64,000 bases of DNA from an uncultured Candidatus Rokubacteria bacterium (GCA_963771355.1 CAVYTA010000006.1:2304001-2368000), one strand, 5' to 3'; shown: positions 39,124-50,700, counted from the first letter of the stretch. Program-made: numbers and translations. The notes: generated by a model not told the origin, from the sequence alone.

Positions 39124-41193
39124 AGTACCAGGTCTCCGTGTGTGCGACGTGGGGGTTGTCGCTCACCGCGCTGTTCCAGAGCCGCTCGGGGATATTGCCC
39201 ATGTTGGTCTTGATGACGCGCACCCCTTGCGAGGCGGGTGAGTTCGAGACCACCGGAATCATCCACAACTCGTCGAGGGCGATCTTCCACACGTCCTTCG
39301 CCATCTCGACGCGCTCGGCGTCCTTCACGCTGAGGGACTTCCGGTACTTGTCCATCAGCTCCCGCATCCGCGGCGGCGGGGTCTTGCCCTTGGCCCCGGC
39401 CGAGGAGTACCAGACGCCGTAGAGCGGGCCCAGGGGAACCCCCAGCTCGGCGGGAAAGATCGACGGGGCTGTGCCCGTAGATGTTGTCGGCGCCCCACTG
39501 GGTCTCGAAGTAGATCTGATGCTCATTGCTCTGCATCCGCGCCGTCGCCGCCCCGCGCTCCAGCTCCTGGACTTCGCCGCGGATGCCGATGCGCTTCCAG
39601 TGCTCCACCACCATCTCGGCGATCTGACTGAAGGGGAGGAAGCCCACGTAGGTGGTGAGGGACAGGCGTAGCCGGCCCCCGCCGTCCAGACGCAGGCGAT
39701 AGCCTTCGCGCATCTTTCTTGGTGAGCCCGAGCTTGTCGAGCATCTCGTTGGCCTTCTTGACGTCGAGACCGGTGTGCAGGGTCTTCCACTCCGGGCCGG
39801 GGAAGTAGAGCGTCCGCTCGCCGGGCGCTGCCGAGCCGGTCTGGCCGAGCCCCAGGAGGAAGGTCTCGTTGATCTGCGCGCGGTCGATGCCGTGGGACAG
39901 CGCGATCCGGAACTCACGGGTGCTGAGCCACTTGGCGATCTCGGCGTCCCGCTCGTAGGACTGGTTGCAGAAGAGGCCAACGTCGGCGCCCTGGTCGGAG
40001 GGATCGAGATACACGCGGTAGCCGCCCTTCTGCTGGTTCTCCAGCAGGACGGGGAGCTTGCCGATGTCGATATGGCGCGCCTGGGAATCGTACTCGCCGG
40101 CGATGGCGCGCAGGTTGATGACCTCCAGGCTCTCGCCCAGCGTCATGCGGATCCGGTCGATGTACGGGAGCTGGTTCCCGTCGGTGTCCACCCAGACGCT
40201 GTAGGGATTCCGCTCGAGCACCCAGCTGGGGGTGGTGATGGGCGAGGTGGTCTTCCACGGCGTGACCACCGGGAGATCCGCGTTCCGGCAGGCATCGTTG
40301 CGGTTCTTGAACAGCGTGACCCAGCTGTCCACGCTCACCTCGGTCGCCTTCTTGTTGAGCTCGTCCTGGGACGTGTACTTCGGGAGGAACTGCTTGAGGT
40401 AGTGGGCCGGGGCGAAGCCGCCCAGCGCCGAGCGCCCGAAGCGGGCGTGGTGTCCGATGCCCCAAACGGAGGCGAGCACGATGGGCAGCGCGTAGTACGG
40501 CTCGGCCGAGACGAAGCGGACGGTGCTCGAGTCCGCTTTTTCCATCACCAGGGGCTTACCCTCCACCATCATCACGGACAAGGGCGTGGGCACCAGATCC
40601 TTGTTCAGGTACACGTCCTGGTACCAGAAGATGAAGTCGTCCGCGGTGAAGGGCTGGCCGTCGCTCCACCGCATGCCCCGGCGCAGGAGCAAGGTGGTGA
40701 CTTTGCCGTCCGGGCTCACCTCCCAGCCGCGCGCGATGTTGGGGACAAGCTTGGTGCCGGTGTAGTCGTAGTAGAGGAGCTTGTCGTTCTGGGCCACGCG
40801 GTGGCCGTTGGAGGTGTCGAAGGGGCCGGTGAAGCCCCGGCGCCAGGTGCCCCCGTACTTGCCGATTTCGCGCAGCGGCTTGACCACGAGCGGATCCTGC
40901 CCGATGCGCTGCTGCACGGGCGGCAGCTTGCCCGCCTTGACCAGCTCGGCGAGCTGCGGGGCTTCCTTGAAGGTCTTCGGAAAGCGCGCGGGGTCGGTGA
41001 TGACCTCGGGTCCCTCGAGCTTGCCGATGAGGTTGGCGCCCAACTTCATCGGCGTCTGCGCCTCGCCCGGGGAGCCGAAGGCGAGAGTGCCCTGCGCCGC
41101 CGCCGTGAGGAGACCGAGCCGCAGCAGATCCCGCCGCGTCAGGCTCAGGGCCTCGTCCTCGGGCGCTCGCTCCACTTCGTCATGGTCGCTCAT
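39113..41193 (-). CDS. Family 5 ABC substrate-binding protein with Tat signal (frameshifts near 39715 and 39470)
   Basis: TRRDLL Tat motif, GKLPPVQQRI, WSDGQPFTADD, GNQLPYID; RBS GAGGAGG before ATG 41193. Confidence 0.87.
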
Positions 41194-41222
41194 GACTGAC
41201 CTCCTCGTCGGGGTTGGAGTAT

Positions 41223-41373
41223 CCCGCGGTGAGCCTAGGTTCCGGAACGCAAGCCTCCCTACTCGATCAACCCTACCCGACCCCGACCTCCGCGGCCAGC
41301 GTCTCGGACGTATCTGCCGCGCGACGTCGCCGAGAGGATCGCCTACAAGAACGCGGAGCGGCTCTTCCCCTAG
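41223..41373 (+). repeat. Chimeric junction: copy of the Ldh-family gene 3' end and downstream DNA (53502..53605) fused to a copy of the amidohydrolase 3' end (11148..11207)
   Basis: 41223-41306 aligns to 53502-53605 with a 23-nt deletion and several substitutions; 41314-41373 matches 11148-11207 at 58/60. Confidence 0.9.
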
Positions 41374-41532
41374 ATTCCGCCGCACGCGGGCCCAGTGACT
41401 CGCCACGCGCCTCGCCCCTGTGTATCCTGTTCGAAGACCATCCCGCCGAAAGGGATACGATACGTGAACCGGGGCGCGGCCCTGCAATCCGAGAGTCACG
41501 CGGGACCCCGCCAGCTACCTTAGGAGAGCGCC

Positions 41533-41909
41533 ATGGGATTCTTCAGCGATATCTTGAGCAAACTGGGCATCGGCAGCGCGTCCGCGGCGGCCGGCGCACA
41601 ACCGACCCGCCTCCAGCCACTTGCGGCGCCGGCGCCGTGCGTCCGACGGACCGATGTCGTCGCGCAATTCGGAGCGCGCGCCGATCCACAGAAGTTCACT
41701 GAACGGACGTCCATCGTCGACCATGCTGGAGCTCCTCGAGATCGAGAGCAGCTCCGCGGCGCGCAAGGCACAGCGCTACCGAGCTGGCCTGCCACGGGCG
41801 GAGCTGATGAACATTCGGCGACTGGATGAACATGTGGCTGCACAAGACCGTCCTGGCGACGCAAAGCGCCGCCAATGGCGGCAATGTTCCCCGGGAGCTG
41901 CTCGACTAG
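41533..41909 (+). pseudogene. DUF3597 family protein, multiply frameshifted
   Basis: MGFFSDILSKLG...TDVVAQ...RTSIVD.MLELLEIESS..ARK..ATEL...MNMWLHKTVL...ANGGNVPRELLD across frames; RBS AGGAG. Confidence 0.78.
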
Positions 41910-41924
41910 CCGCCGCCTCGCCGT

Positions 41925-41996
41925 CCTATCCCACCCCGACCTCCGCGGCCAGCGTCAAGAGCTGCCGCCGGGTCCACGTCGGGGAAGCCGCCGCCC
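41925..41996 (+). repeat. Third, degenerate copy of the Ldh-family gene 3' end
   Basis: Aligns to 53571-53648; shares the 24-mer ACCCCGACCTCCGCGGCCAGCGTC with the copy at 41280. Confidence 0.8.
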
Positions 41997-42230
41997 CAGC
42001 TCCTGTCTGACGAGCTGGACGGCGTTCGTCGAGCTTTCCGGCGCGCAGTGAGATGTGAAGCAGCGGCATCGGGGATCCTTTCCGTTCTGGCCTGGCCAAA
42101 CATTAATGCCGCTAGACTATTCTGGCAAGCTATGGAAAATTCGGGGCGTCCCCTCTCGGAGCCGCCCCGCCCTTGCGAACGGAGTGTCCACAAACTAAGC
42201 TGAGACAGCGCTCTGTTGAGGAGGCCGGCG

Positions 42231-45200
42231 ATGGACTGCCCGCGCTGTCGGACCGCGAATAGCGAGGGATCCCGATTCTGTGGGAACTGCGGCAGCTCAC
42301 TCACCGCGGTCTGCCCCTCCTGCGGCTCGTCGACCCTTCGCGGCGCCCGCTTCTGCGGAGAATGCGGAAAGCCGGCCCCCCCGGCGCACATTGCCGCCGG
42401 CCCGCCGCCGCACTTGGCCGCTCTGCTCCCACACTGGCGGACCTCCCTTGAGGGCGAGCGGAAGCTCGTCACGGTCATGTTCGCCGATATCAAGGGCTCG
42501 CTCGAGATGTTGAGCGCGCGCGACCCCGAGGAGGCGGTGGCGCTCCTCGATCCCGTCATCGGGCACATGAAGGCCGCCGTGCACCGCTACGAGGGAACGG
42601 TCAATCAAATCATGGGAGACGGCATCATGGCGCTGTTTGGCGCCCCCGCCGCCCACGAAGACCATGCGGCACGCGCCTGCTACGCCGCCCTGGCCATGCA
42701 GGAGAGTATCCGCGCCCTCGCCCGCGATCTTCAGCGCAACCGGGGCCCCTCAGTCGAGATCCGCGTCGGGCTGAACTCGGGAGTGGTGGTGATTCGCGCG
42801 ATCGACAACGATCTCCACATGGATCTCTCCGCGATCGGAGAGACGACCCACCTGGCCGCCCGGATGGAGGAGATGGCGCCTCCAGGCTCCATCTGGCTCA
42901 CGCGCGCCACCCTCACGCTGGCCGAGCCCCTGGTGGAGACGAAGCTTCTCGGGGCGCGGGCCGTGCGCGGGCGCCCCGCCCCGGTCGAGGTGTTCGAACT
43001 CGTCGGCGCCCGCGCCATGCGGCGCATCGAGGTGGCGGCGCTGCGCGGCCTCACTCGATTCGTGGGACGCGAGAGGGAGATGAACGAGCTCTCGCGCATC
43101 CACCAGCGGATGCTCGCAGGGCAGGGCCGCGTCACCGCCGTGGTCGGTGAACTCGGCATCGGCAAATCACGGCTGTTGCTCGAGTTCGTCCACGCCCCGA
43201 CGATATCCGGATGCCTCGTGTTCGAAACCGGCACTGTCTCCTACGGCCAGAGCACTCCGTACTTTTCCGTGCTGAAGCTGCTCCGGCAGCATCTCGTGCT
43301 GAAGGACGGTGAGCCGGTGGAAGCGGTCCGGGAAAAGATCACGAGCACCCTGTCCCACCTCGGCCTCGACCAGGCGGCGGCACCGCTCCAGGCTCTTCTC
43401 GGCGTTCTCCCCGAAGACAACGCCTTCGCCACGTACGATCCGCTGCGGAGGCGAGAGCTGACCCTGGAGGCCCTGCGATCCCTGGTGCTGCGACTGTGCG
43501 CGGTCGAGCCCGTGCTGCTCGTCGTCGAGGATCTTCAGTGGATCGACGCGGAGACCCAGGAGCTGCTCGACCGCCTCGTGCAGAGCATCCCCTCGTCCCG
43601 GCTCCATCTGCTCGTCAACTATCGGGGGGAGTATCACCACGACTGGGGTGGCATGAGCTGCTACAACCAGGTGCGGCTCGACCCGCTCTCACCCGAGGCC
43701 GTGGACACGCTGCTCGGCGTGATGCTCGGGGACGCTCCCGAGGTCGAGCCCGTCAAGCGTTTGCTCATCGAACGGACGGACGGCAACCCCTTCTTCCTCG
43801 AGGAGAGTGTCCGCGCCCTCGTCGACAGCGGCTCGCTGGTCGGCGAGCCGGGCCACTATCGGACCACCGGCGTGGTGGAGCCGCACGTTCCCGCCACGGT
43901 CGAGGGCGTCATCGCCTCCCGCCTCGACAAGCTCCCGCGGGCCCAAAAGCACCTACTGCAGTGCGCGTCGGTGATCGGGCGCGAGGTGCCGCTCGACCTC
44001 CTCGAGACACTGGCGAGACTGACGAAGACCGACCTTTCGACTGCCCTGCACCACCTCCAGGAAGCCGAGTTCCTGTTCGAGCGTGTCACCGCGCGGAGCC
44101 CGGAGTTCTCGTTCAAGCACTCGCTGACGCACGAGGTCGCGTACCGGTCCCTCCTGCACGAGCAGGCAAAGGTGCTGCACGGGGCGACGCTGGCGGCGAT
44201 CGAGCGGCTACACGCCGACGCCCTGCCCCTTCACCTGGATGCGCTCGTGCATCACGCGCTGGGCGGGGAGGTCTGGCCCAAGGCCATCGACTATCTGCGC
44301 CAGGCCGGCGCCGCGGCATTCGCGCGTGGCTCCGTCGCCGAGAGCCTGGCCCGCTACGAGCAGGCGTTGACGCTCCTGGAGCACCTCGACTCGAGCCGGG
44401 AGAACATCGGGCGCGCGATCGACGTCCGCCTGGACCTGCACGTCCCCCTGGTCGTCCTCGGACAAGTCGCCCGTCTCATCAATCTCCACGAGGAATCGGA
44501 GCGCCTGGCCCGCGATCTGGGCGATTCGCCGCGGCTGGCCCGGCTGCTCTACCGTATGAGCCAGTACGCCTGGATCCAGGGCCGCTTCAAGGACGGCCTC
44601 GAGCGCGCCGGGCAGGCGCTGGAGATCGCCACGAGCATCGACGACGCGGAAGTCCGGGTGCTCGCAACCTACGCGCTCGGGCTGAACCAGTGCCTGCTGG
44701 GCGCCCACCGAGAGGCCATCGCGCTTTTCGGGCGCGTGCTCGACGGTCCCGACACCCAGATCGCGCGCCGCGCGCTCGCGGTCACCGTGCCTGCGTACAT
44801 CGGGGCGGCGTGCTGGCTCGGCTACTCGCTGACGCTCGTGGGCGAGATCGATCGCGCCCTGGACAGCACCGATCGGGCGGCGCAGGCGGCCGACGAGAGC
44901 GACCATCCGCAGGCCCAGGCGATCGCGTACACCATGCGCGCGATCCCGATGCTCTACCAGGGGCGGACGGACACCGCGGTCGCGCTATGCGAGCGGGCGC
45001 TGGCGCTCTGCGAGTCGAAGGCGCTGCTCATCTGGCTGCCGGCGGCGGCGGGCACCCTCGGCTGGGCCCTCGCGCTGACCGGGCGCGGCGAGGAGGGCGC
45101 GGCGCACCTGGAGCGCGCGGTCTCGTCGATGGAGGCCACGGGCGTCAAGGGAAACCTCTCCCACATGTACATCTGGTGGGCGGACGCGCTCCTGAGCGCG

Positions 45201-45566
45201 GGACGCCTCGACGAGGCCGCGCGCGCCGCGGGGCAGGGTTTCGACCTGGCGCTACGCCAGGGGGAGCGAGCCCAGGAAGCCGATGCGCTCCACACGCAGG
45301 CCTGCATCTCCGCCGCGCGCGACGGGGGAGGCGTGCGCGCGGTCGAGTACTACCAGCGTGCCCTCGAGGTGGCCTCGCACCTCGACATGCTGCCGCTGGC
45401 CGGCCGTTGCCATCTGGGTCTCGGGCGTGTCTACGCGGCGGCCGGAGAGAAATCGCTGGCGCGGACGCACTTCGACCAAGCTACCGACTACTTCAGCCGC
45501 CTGGGCCTTCACTTCTGGCTGGCGGAAGCAGCGGCCGCTTCCGGCGGCCTGGACCTCGGGACGTAG
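42231..45566 (+). CDS. Class III adenylate/guanylate cyclase with double zinc ribbon, AAA ATPase and TPR domains
   Basis: CxxC zinc ribbons, FADIKGS, MGDGIMALFG, GELGIGKSRL, VVEDLQW, GNPFFLEE, helical repeats. Confidence 0.93.
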   Translation: MDCPRCRTANSEGSRFCGNCGSSLTAVCPSCGSSTLRGARFCGECGKPAPPAHIAAGPPPHLAALLPHWRTSLEGERKLVTVMFADIKGSLEMLSARDPEEAVALLDPVIGHMKAAVHRYEGTVNQIMGDGIMALFGAPAAHEDHAARACYAALAMQESIRALARDLQRNRGPSVEIRVGLNSGVVVIRAIDNDLHMDLSAIGETTHLAARMEEMAPPGSIWLTRATLTLAEPLVETKLLGARAVRGRPAPVEVFELVGARAMRRIEVAALRGLTRFVGREREMNELSRIHQRMLAGQGRVTAVVGELGIGKSRLLLEFVHAPTISGCLVFETGTVSYGQSTPYFSVLKLLRQHLVLKDGEPVEAVREKITSTLSHLGLDQAAAPLQALLGVLPEDNAFATYDPLRRRELTLEALRSLVLRLCAVEPVLLVVEDLQWIDAETQELLDRLVQSIPSSRLHLLVNYRGEYHHDWGGMSCYNQVRLDPLSPEAVDTLLGVMLGDAPEVEPVKRLLIERTDGNPFFLEESVRALVDSGSLVGEPGHYRTTGVVEPHVPATVEGVIASRLDKLPRAQKHLLQCASVIGREVPLDLLETLARLTKTDLSTALHHLQEAEFLFERVTARSPEFSFKHSLTHEVAYRSLLHEQAKVLHGATLAAIERLHADALPLHLDALVHHALGGEVWPKAIDYLRQAGAAAFARGSVAESLARYEQALTLLEHLDSSRENIGRAIDVRLDLHVPLVVLGQVARLINLHEESERLARDLGDSPRLARLLYRMSQYAWIQGRFKDGLERAGQALEIATSIDDAEVRVLATYALGLNQCLLGAHREAIALFGRVLDGPDTQIARRALAVTVPAYIGAACWLGYSLTLVGEIDRALDSTDRAAQAADESDHPQAQAIAYTMRAIPMLYQGRTDTAVALCERALALCESKALLIWLPAAAGTLGWALALTGRGEEGAAHLERAVSSMEATGVKGNLSHMYIWWADALLSAGRLDEAARAAGQGFDLALRQGERAQEADALHTQACISAARDGGGVRAVEYYQRALEVASHLDMLPLAGRCHLGLGRVYAAAGEKSLARTHFDQATDYFSRLGLHFWLAEAAAASGGLDLGT

Positions 45567-46021
45567 TCCGAGTCGCCCGTCACGCGATGCACGCGAATCA
45601 GCCGCTGCTCCTTCTGCTCCTTCACGCGGTAGTACTTGTACGGCGTCGGCCAGACGAAGACGAGGAACAGGACCGCGCCCACCACCACCATGCCGAGGGC
45701 CCAGCCCACGCCGCGGGGATTGGAGAGCGTCAAGGCGACACCGACGAGCCCCAGCGCAATGCCGCCGCCCACGCTCAGATAGACGAGACCCAGAAGAATC
45801 CGCTGGTTGATGAAGGGGCTGGGGCACGGCGAGTCGACCGAACAGGGCGTCACCAGCCGCAGGTAACCCTGGGCCGCGATCCCGCCGAAGAAGAGAAGGA
45901 AGATGCCGATTCCCCCCCAGATGAGGAGCGCGCGCAGCCACTTGATGTCGAGCCAGCCCTTGGGCTTGGCCTTGCCCCCGTCCTTGCCCTCGTCTTTGCA
46001 GTCTTGCTCGGGCTCCGCCAT
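45509..46021 (-). CDS. Hypothetical membrane protein (3 TM segments)
   Basis: Three hydrophobic stretches; RBS GGAGG before ATG 46021; coding-like codon bias. Confidence 0.7.
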   Translation of the reverse strand: MAEPEQDCKDEGKDGGKAKPKGWLDIKWLRALLIWGGIGIFLLFFGGIAAQGYLRLVTPCSVDSPCPSPFINQRILLGLVYLSVGGGIALGLVGVALTLSNPRGVGWALGMVVVGAVLFLVFVWPTPYKYYRVKEQKEQRLIRVHRVTGDSDYVPRSRPPEAAAASASQK

Positions 46022-46096
46022 CTTGCCCTCCTTGGCTCCAAGCAACCACGGTCGGTCAGGGCACGTGGAGTCTAGGTCCGCCCTTCGGCACTGTCA

Positions 46097-47746
46097 ATGA
46101 GCGACGACATCCCCCTGAGCGAGCTGCCGAAGCGAAAGATGGTGGGCTGGTTCGACCCCAGCCTGTTCCTCTCGACCGGCGTCGAGGTGCTGATCTCGCG
46201 CGCCCTGGGCCAGCGCTTCGACTATCGGATGATGGAGGACGTCGGCCTTCCGCAGGAGGTCTTTGACTATTCCCAGCCCCCCCTCAACGACACCCCGACG
46301 GAGCTCTGGTTCGACTACATGGCCGACACGGGCGACGGCTGGGAATCCTCTTATGCCATGGCGTGTCTGGTGGCCCAGCCGTGGGTGGATCTGGGCACCC
46401 GCCGGCTCCCGCACGGCGCCTTCCTCCTGCTCGGCGGTGATGAGGTGTATCCGTCCGCCAGCAAGCAGGAGTATCGCGACCGGCTCGTCGGCCCGCTCGC
46501 GGCCGCCTTGCCCGCGGGGAGCGTGCCCTGGCGCAATGTCTACGCGATTCCGGGCAACCACGACTGGTACGACGGGCTCATCAGCTTCTCGCGCCTGTTC
46601 ACCCAGGGCCGCACGCTCGGCGCCTGGCAAACCCAGCAGACGCGCAGCTACTTCGCGCTCCAGCTGCCCCACCACTGGTGGCTCTGGGCCGTCGACGTGC
46701 AGCTCGAGTCCGACATCGACGTCGGCCAGCTCAACTACTTCGACTGGGTCGCGAAAGACTACGTCAAGGAAGGCGACGGGATCATCCTCGCCAGCGCGGA
46801 GCCGGACTGGCTCTACCACGACATCAAGAACCCGACACTCGAGAGTAACCTGGCGCGCCTCAAGGAAAAGATCATCGACCCGAAGGGCGCGGACGTGTTC
46901 GTCTGGCTGTCCGGCGATCTTCACAACTATCGTCGGCACGAAAACGCGCGGGATTCGCGGTATCAGCGGATCACGAGCGGCGGCGGCGGCGGCTACCTCT
47001 CGGCCACCCACGAGCCGGCCACGGGCGGGCCCGCGAGCGAGCTCAAGCGCGTGGTGCGCGTAGGCGGGGAGACGTTCCATCAGCAGTTCATGTACCCGAG
47101 CCCGGCGACCTCCCTGCGCCTGAGCTTTCTCAATCTGCTCTTCCTCCTGAAGAACTGGCGCTTCGGCATGCTGACCGGGCTGGCCTACATGACCCTGACC
47201 TGGGGCCAGCTCGAGGGCACGGTGTTCCAGGCGGCGCAGCTGGCCGTGCAGCGCTATCCCGCGCGCCTCGTGTGGCTGCTCCTCGTGCTGGCCGCGTTCA
47301 TCTTCTATGCCGACCGCCGCGTGCCCACGTTTCGCTGGCTGGGCGGCGGCACTCACGGTGTCGTGCACATTCTTTGCGCCTTTGCGATCGCCGGCGAGGC
47401 CGCCAAGGCGCTCGGCGGCCCCGGGGTGGCGCTCGCGCTCGCGCGGCTCGGCGTGAACTTCATCGGGGGTGCGGTGGTCGGCTCCATCGTGATGGGGATC
47501 TATCTCCTGCTCGCGGCCAATCTCTTCGCCGCGCACACCGACCACGCCTTCGCGGCACTGCGTATCAAGCACTTCAAGCACTTCCTCCGCTTTCACATCC
47601 GGGCCGACGGGGTCCTCGAGATCTTCCCGATCGGGGTGCCCACCATCCCCCGAGAGGACGAGGCCGCCTCGCAGTACTTCCTCATCGAAGGGCCGGTCAC
47701 CGTCGACCGCGCCGCCGCGGGCCCGCCTCCAGCTCCTCGAGGATGA
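46097..47746 (+). CDS. Calcineurin-like metallophosphoesterase with inserted membrane domain
   Basis: ADTGDG, GGDEVY, PGNHDW, SGDLHNY motifs, then about 4 TM helices. Confidence 0.88.
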   Translation: MSDDIPLSELPKRKMVGWFDPSLFLSTGVEVLISRALGQRFDYRMMEDVGLPQEVFDYSQPPLNDTPTELWFDYMADTGDGWESSYAMACLVAQPWVDLGTRRLPHGAFLLLGGDEVYPSASKQEYRDRLVGPLAAALPAGSVPWRNVYAIPGNHDWYDGLISFSRLFTQGRTLGAWQTQQTRSYFALQLPHHWWLWAVDVQLESDIDVGQLNYFDWVAKDYVKEGDGIILASAEPDWLYHDIKNPTLESNLARLKEKIIDPKGADVFVWLSGDLHNYRRHENARDSRYQRITSGGGGGYLSATHEPATGGPASELKRVVRVGGETFHQQFMYPSPATSLRLSFLNLLFLLKNWRFGMLTGLAYMTLTWGQLEGTVFQAAQLAVQRYPARLVWLLLVLAAFIFYADRRVPTFRWLGGGTHGVVHILCAFAIAGEAAKALGGPGVALALARLGVNFIGGAVVGSIVMGIYLLLAANLFAAHTDHAFAALRIKHFKHFLRFHIRADGVLEIFPIGVPTIPREDEAASQYFLIEGPVTVDRAAAGPPPAPRG

Positions 47747-50700
47747 TCGGGAAGACGTCGATGGCGGCCCGCTTGCCGATGAAGCAGTCCATGTGGCCGT
47801 AGCTCTCGATCGGGCGCCAGCTGTACCACTCCTCCCCATTCTTGTCGCAGAGCAGCTTGTACGTCTTGCGCGTGGCCCGGGGGAGAAATTCGCGATTCGC
47901 CCGTCCATGGATGAAGGAGATCGGGAGGGCGAGCCGCTCGAGATGGGGCATGTACGCGTTCACGCCGTCCTTGTCGACGACGTGCTTGCTGCGCAGGATC
48001 AGCGCCAGGTGCGCGAGCGCGGGGACGCTCGTCGTGCCGAACCACTCGTGCATCGCGTCGTGCGTGGCGGTGTTGAGCTTGGAGTGCCGGAACGACTCGC
48101 CGAATAGGAGGAGGATGCGGCGGCAGGTCGGGTTGTTGCACCGCTCGCGGACGGGATAGAGGGTGAGCAGCTGGTTCCAGAGCCGGTGTGACAGCGAATA
48201 CGGGTCGTACTGCGCGGTGATGCTCTTGACCCGGAATCGGCGAAGGACGGAGGCGACGTACACCGCCGCCTTGAACTCTGCGAACTTCGGCGCGATCGGA
48301 TGCAGGCCGAGCTGCGAACAGACGACCGAGCGCAGCTGCTCGTGCAGCTTGCCGGCAAGCAGGGACATGAGCAGCGCCATCGAGCCCACGCAGTGCGCAA
48401 CGATCTGGATCTTCGGGCTCGGTGATCTATCCAGGATGGCTTGGACGGCGGCCGGATAGTCGCGCACGGCGATGTCGTCGATGCTGAAATCGGTCCCGGC
48501 GGCGGCGAATCCGGAGCTCGCGCGGTAGTCGAGGAGCCAGACGTCGTACTCGGCGCGGACGAGGTGCTCGACCAGATTCTCGTCCACGGTGTCCGCGGCG
48601 AACGAGCTCGCGCGCACGCTGAAGCCCGGGGAGAGGAGCACGGGCCCGCGGTTTCCCCCCTGATAGCGGGTGAGGTGGATCACCGTCCCGTCACTCGTCG
48701 TCACCGGAATCACGGACGGGCTCGGCTGGATGTGCCGCCGCGGCCGCGGCGGCGCGTCGAGCGTGGACACCACCGACCTCGAGAGCCGCCGGCCGTAGAG
48801 GACGCGGAGCATGCCCATGAAGAACCCCAGAAAGCGGACGTGGACGTCGAGCCGCTCGCCCAGCCCCTGGGCATGGCGCGCGCGCATCGTCCGGAGCTGC
48901 CGGAGCAAGTCACTCATGGACAGGCGCAGCACGCCCCGGCCGTGGCGCGAGCCGTCCGCCGAGGCGACCGTGACGTACAGCGTCGACAGCTCAGGCCACA
49001 GTCTGCCGCGTCGCCGGTTCTGCGCGATCTTGTCCCCCTCGATGAAGTACGTCGCTCGCCCTCCGGCGGCGTCGGGCGCGGTCTCCACGCGCATCCGATA
49101 GCGCAGCAGGCGCGTCTCCACGCGCTCGGGCTCCAGGAGGAACAGATGGAATACACCGTCGCGCACCTGCAGCGGCTGGTCCGAGAGCACGGGCGCGTAG
49201 ATGGTGCCCACGATCCGCCCCGCGTGCTCGCGGTCTGAGACCATCGCCTCGACGTCCTCGGTCGCGATCATGAGATCCATCGTGAGCTTGTGTCTCTTGG
49301 CGGGCTTGCGCAGAGCGGCCCGCCATGGCCCCGAGCCGTCCACCGGCCGGGCGGGGGGCCACGTGGGACCCTCCTTCACCCAGGCGAAGGCACCGCACAT
49401 GCGCTCGGCGAACTCGAGGCCCGGCTTCGCCCGCTCGTAGAACATGGGCTTGAATGTGGGAACGGCCTGCGCCTCCAGCGCGGGCCCCGGCGTCTCGACG
49501 TACTCCTGGCCGAGGATGCGCTCGCAGGTGCGCTCGGCGAGCGCCGAGATCGTCAGGAGCGGGTTCGCGCCGAGCGGCCGCGGGATGATGGAGCCGTCGC
49601 ACACGAAGAGGTTGGGGTGGAATCCCCCGCCGGGGGCGCCATCGAACACCCGGCCCTCATGGTTCACCACGCCGGTCGCCGCGCTGTCCCCCATGCAGCA
49701 GCCCCCGAGCGGGTGCACGGTGATGGGCCGGAAGGGGTTGTTGATGTGCGTGGCCTGCAGCCCGTGGCTCACCTGCGCCAGCTTCTTGTGAATGCGGTCG
49801 AGAGCCGCTTGCGACGCCTCGGACTCGAGGCTCGGCCATTCCACGCGCAGGCGATCGTCGACCAGGCACAGCCGGCCGCCGGCGTCGTCGTGCGCCATGG
49901 CCAGCAAGGTCTGCGTCCGGCGCACTGCCCCGTGGTACGCGCCCGCGAGATAGCGCGACCAGCGCGTCACCTGCTGGAAGACGGTGCGGCCCTCCGGAGC
50001 GGCCGCGGGCCGACCCCACAGCATGCTGGCCGCGCCGAGGAGGACCGGGAGCACCCCGCTGATCGCCCCGGGGATCGACCCCTCCTCGAGGATGATCTGC
50101 TCCTCGAGCGGGCCATCGCGAAGGTCGATCAGACCGGTGATGCACGGCCCGACCTGGTGATGGAGATCCGGCCGGCGGTAGCCGGAGCCCACGCCGTCGA
50201 TCGGCTCGGTGCCGTTGTAGGACAGCGCGAAGACGTCGCCGTTGCCGGTGAATCGTTGCCCGAGACGGTCCGAGAACCGCAGCGTCTTGCTCTGCGAGCG
50301 AAGCAGGATCTCGGTAGAGCCCAGGGTGCCCGCGGCCAGCACGACGGCCCCCGCGCGCACGGACAGCGGCGGCGCGCCGAACGCCTGACGGCCCGAGCCG
50401 GTGAGGTCGAACAGCACGACCCACTCCGGGCCCTCGCGCTTCACCGACCGGACGCTCACCTCGGTGAACATCTCCGCGCCGTGGCGCTTGGCTTCGGGGA
50501 GATAGTTCATCAGCACGGTGTTCTTCGCGCCGTAGTTGCACCCCGAGACACAATCGCCGCAGAGCTGGCACGCGCGCTGGTGGACGCCGAACTTGTTGAC
50601 GCCCTCCTTGAACGACACGTTGATCTTGGGCCGATTGAAGCCGCGCTTCCCGCCCAGCGCCGCGGTGGCCCGCTCCAGCGCCAGCTGCTTGGCCAGCGAA

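Noticed and set aside
39113..39422. 300-bp antisense overlap of the GH31 tail with the binding-protein gene
   Set aside because: Probably a missed stop caused by an indel near 39120.
41223..41996. Repeats considered as a CRISPR array, integron attC sites or tRNA att sites
   Set aside because: They are copies of protein-gene ends, irregularly spaced, with no cas, intI, integrase or tRNA in the window.
42231..45566. Cyclase-ATPase-TPR protein as an antiphage STAND system
   Set aside because: Common signalling architecture in soil bacteria; no recognised defence effector or partner.
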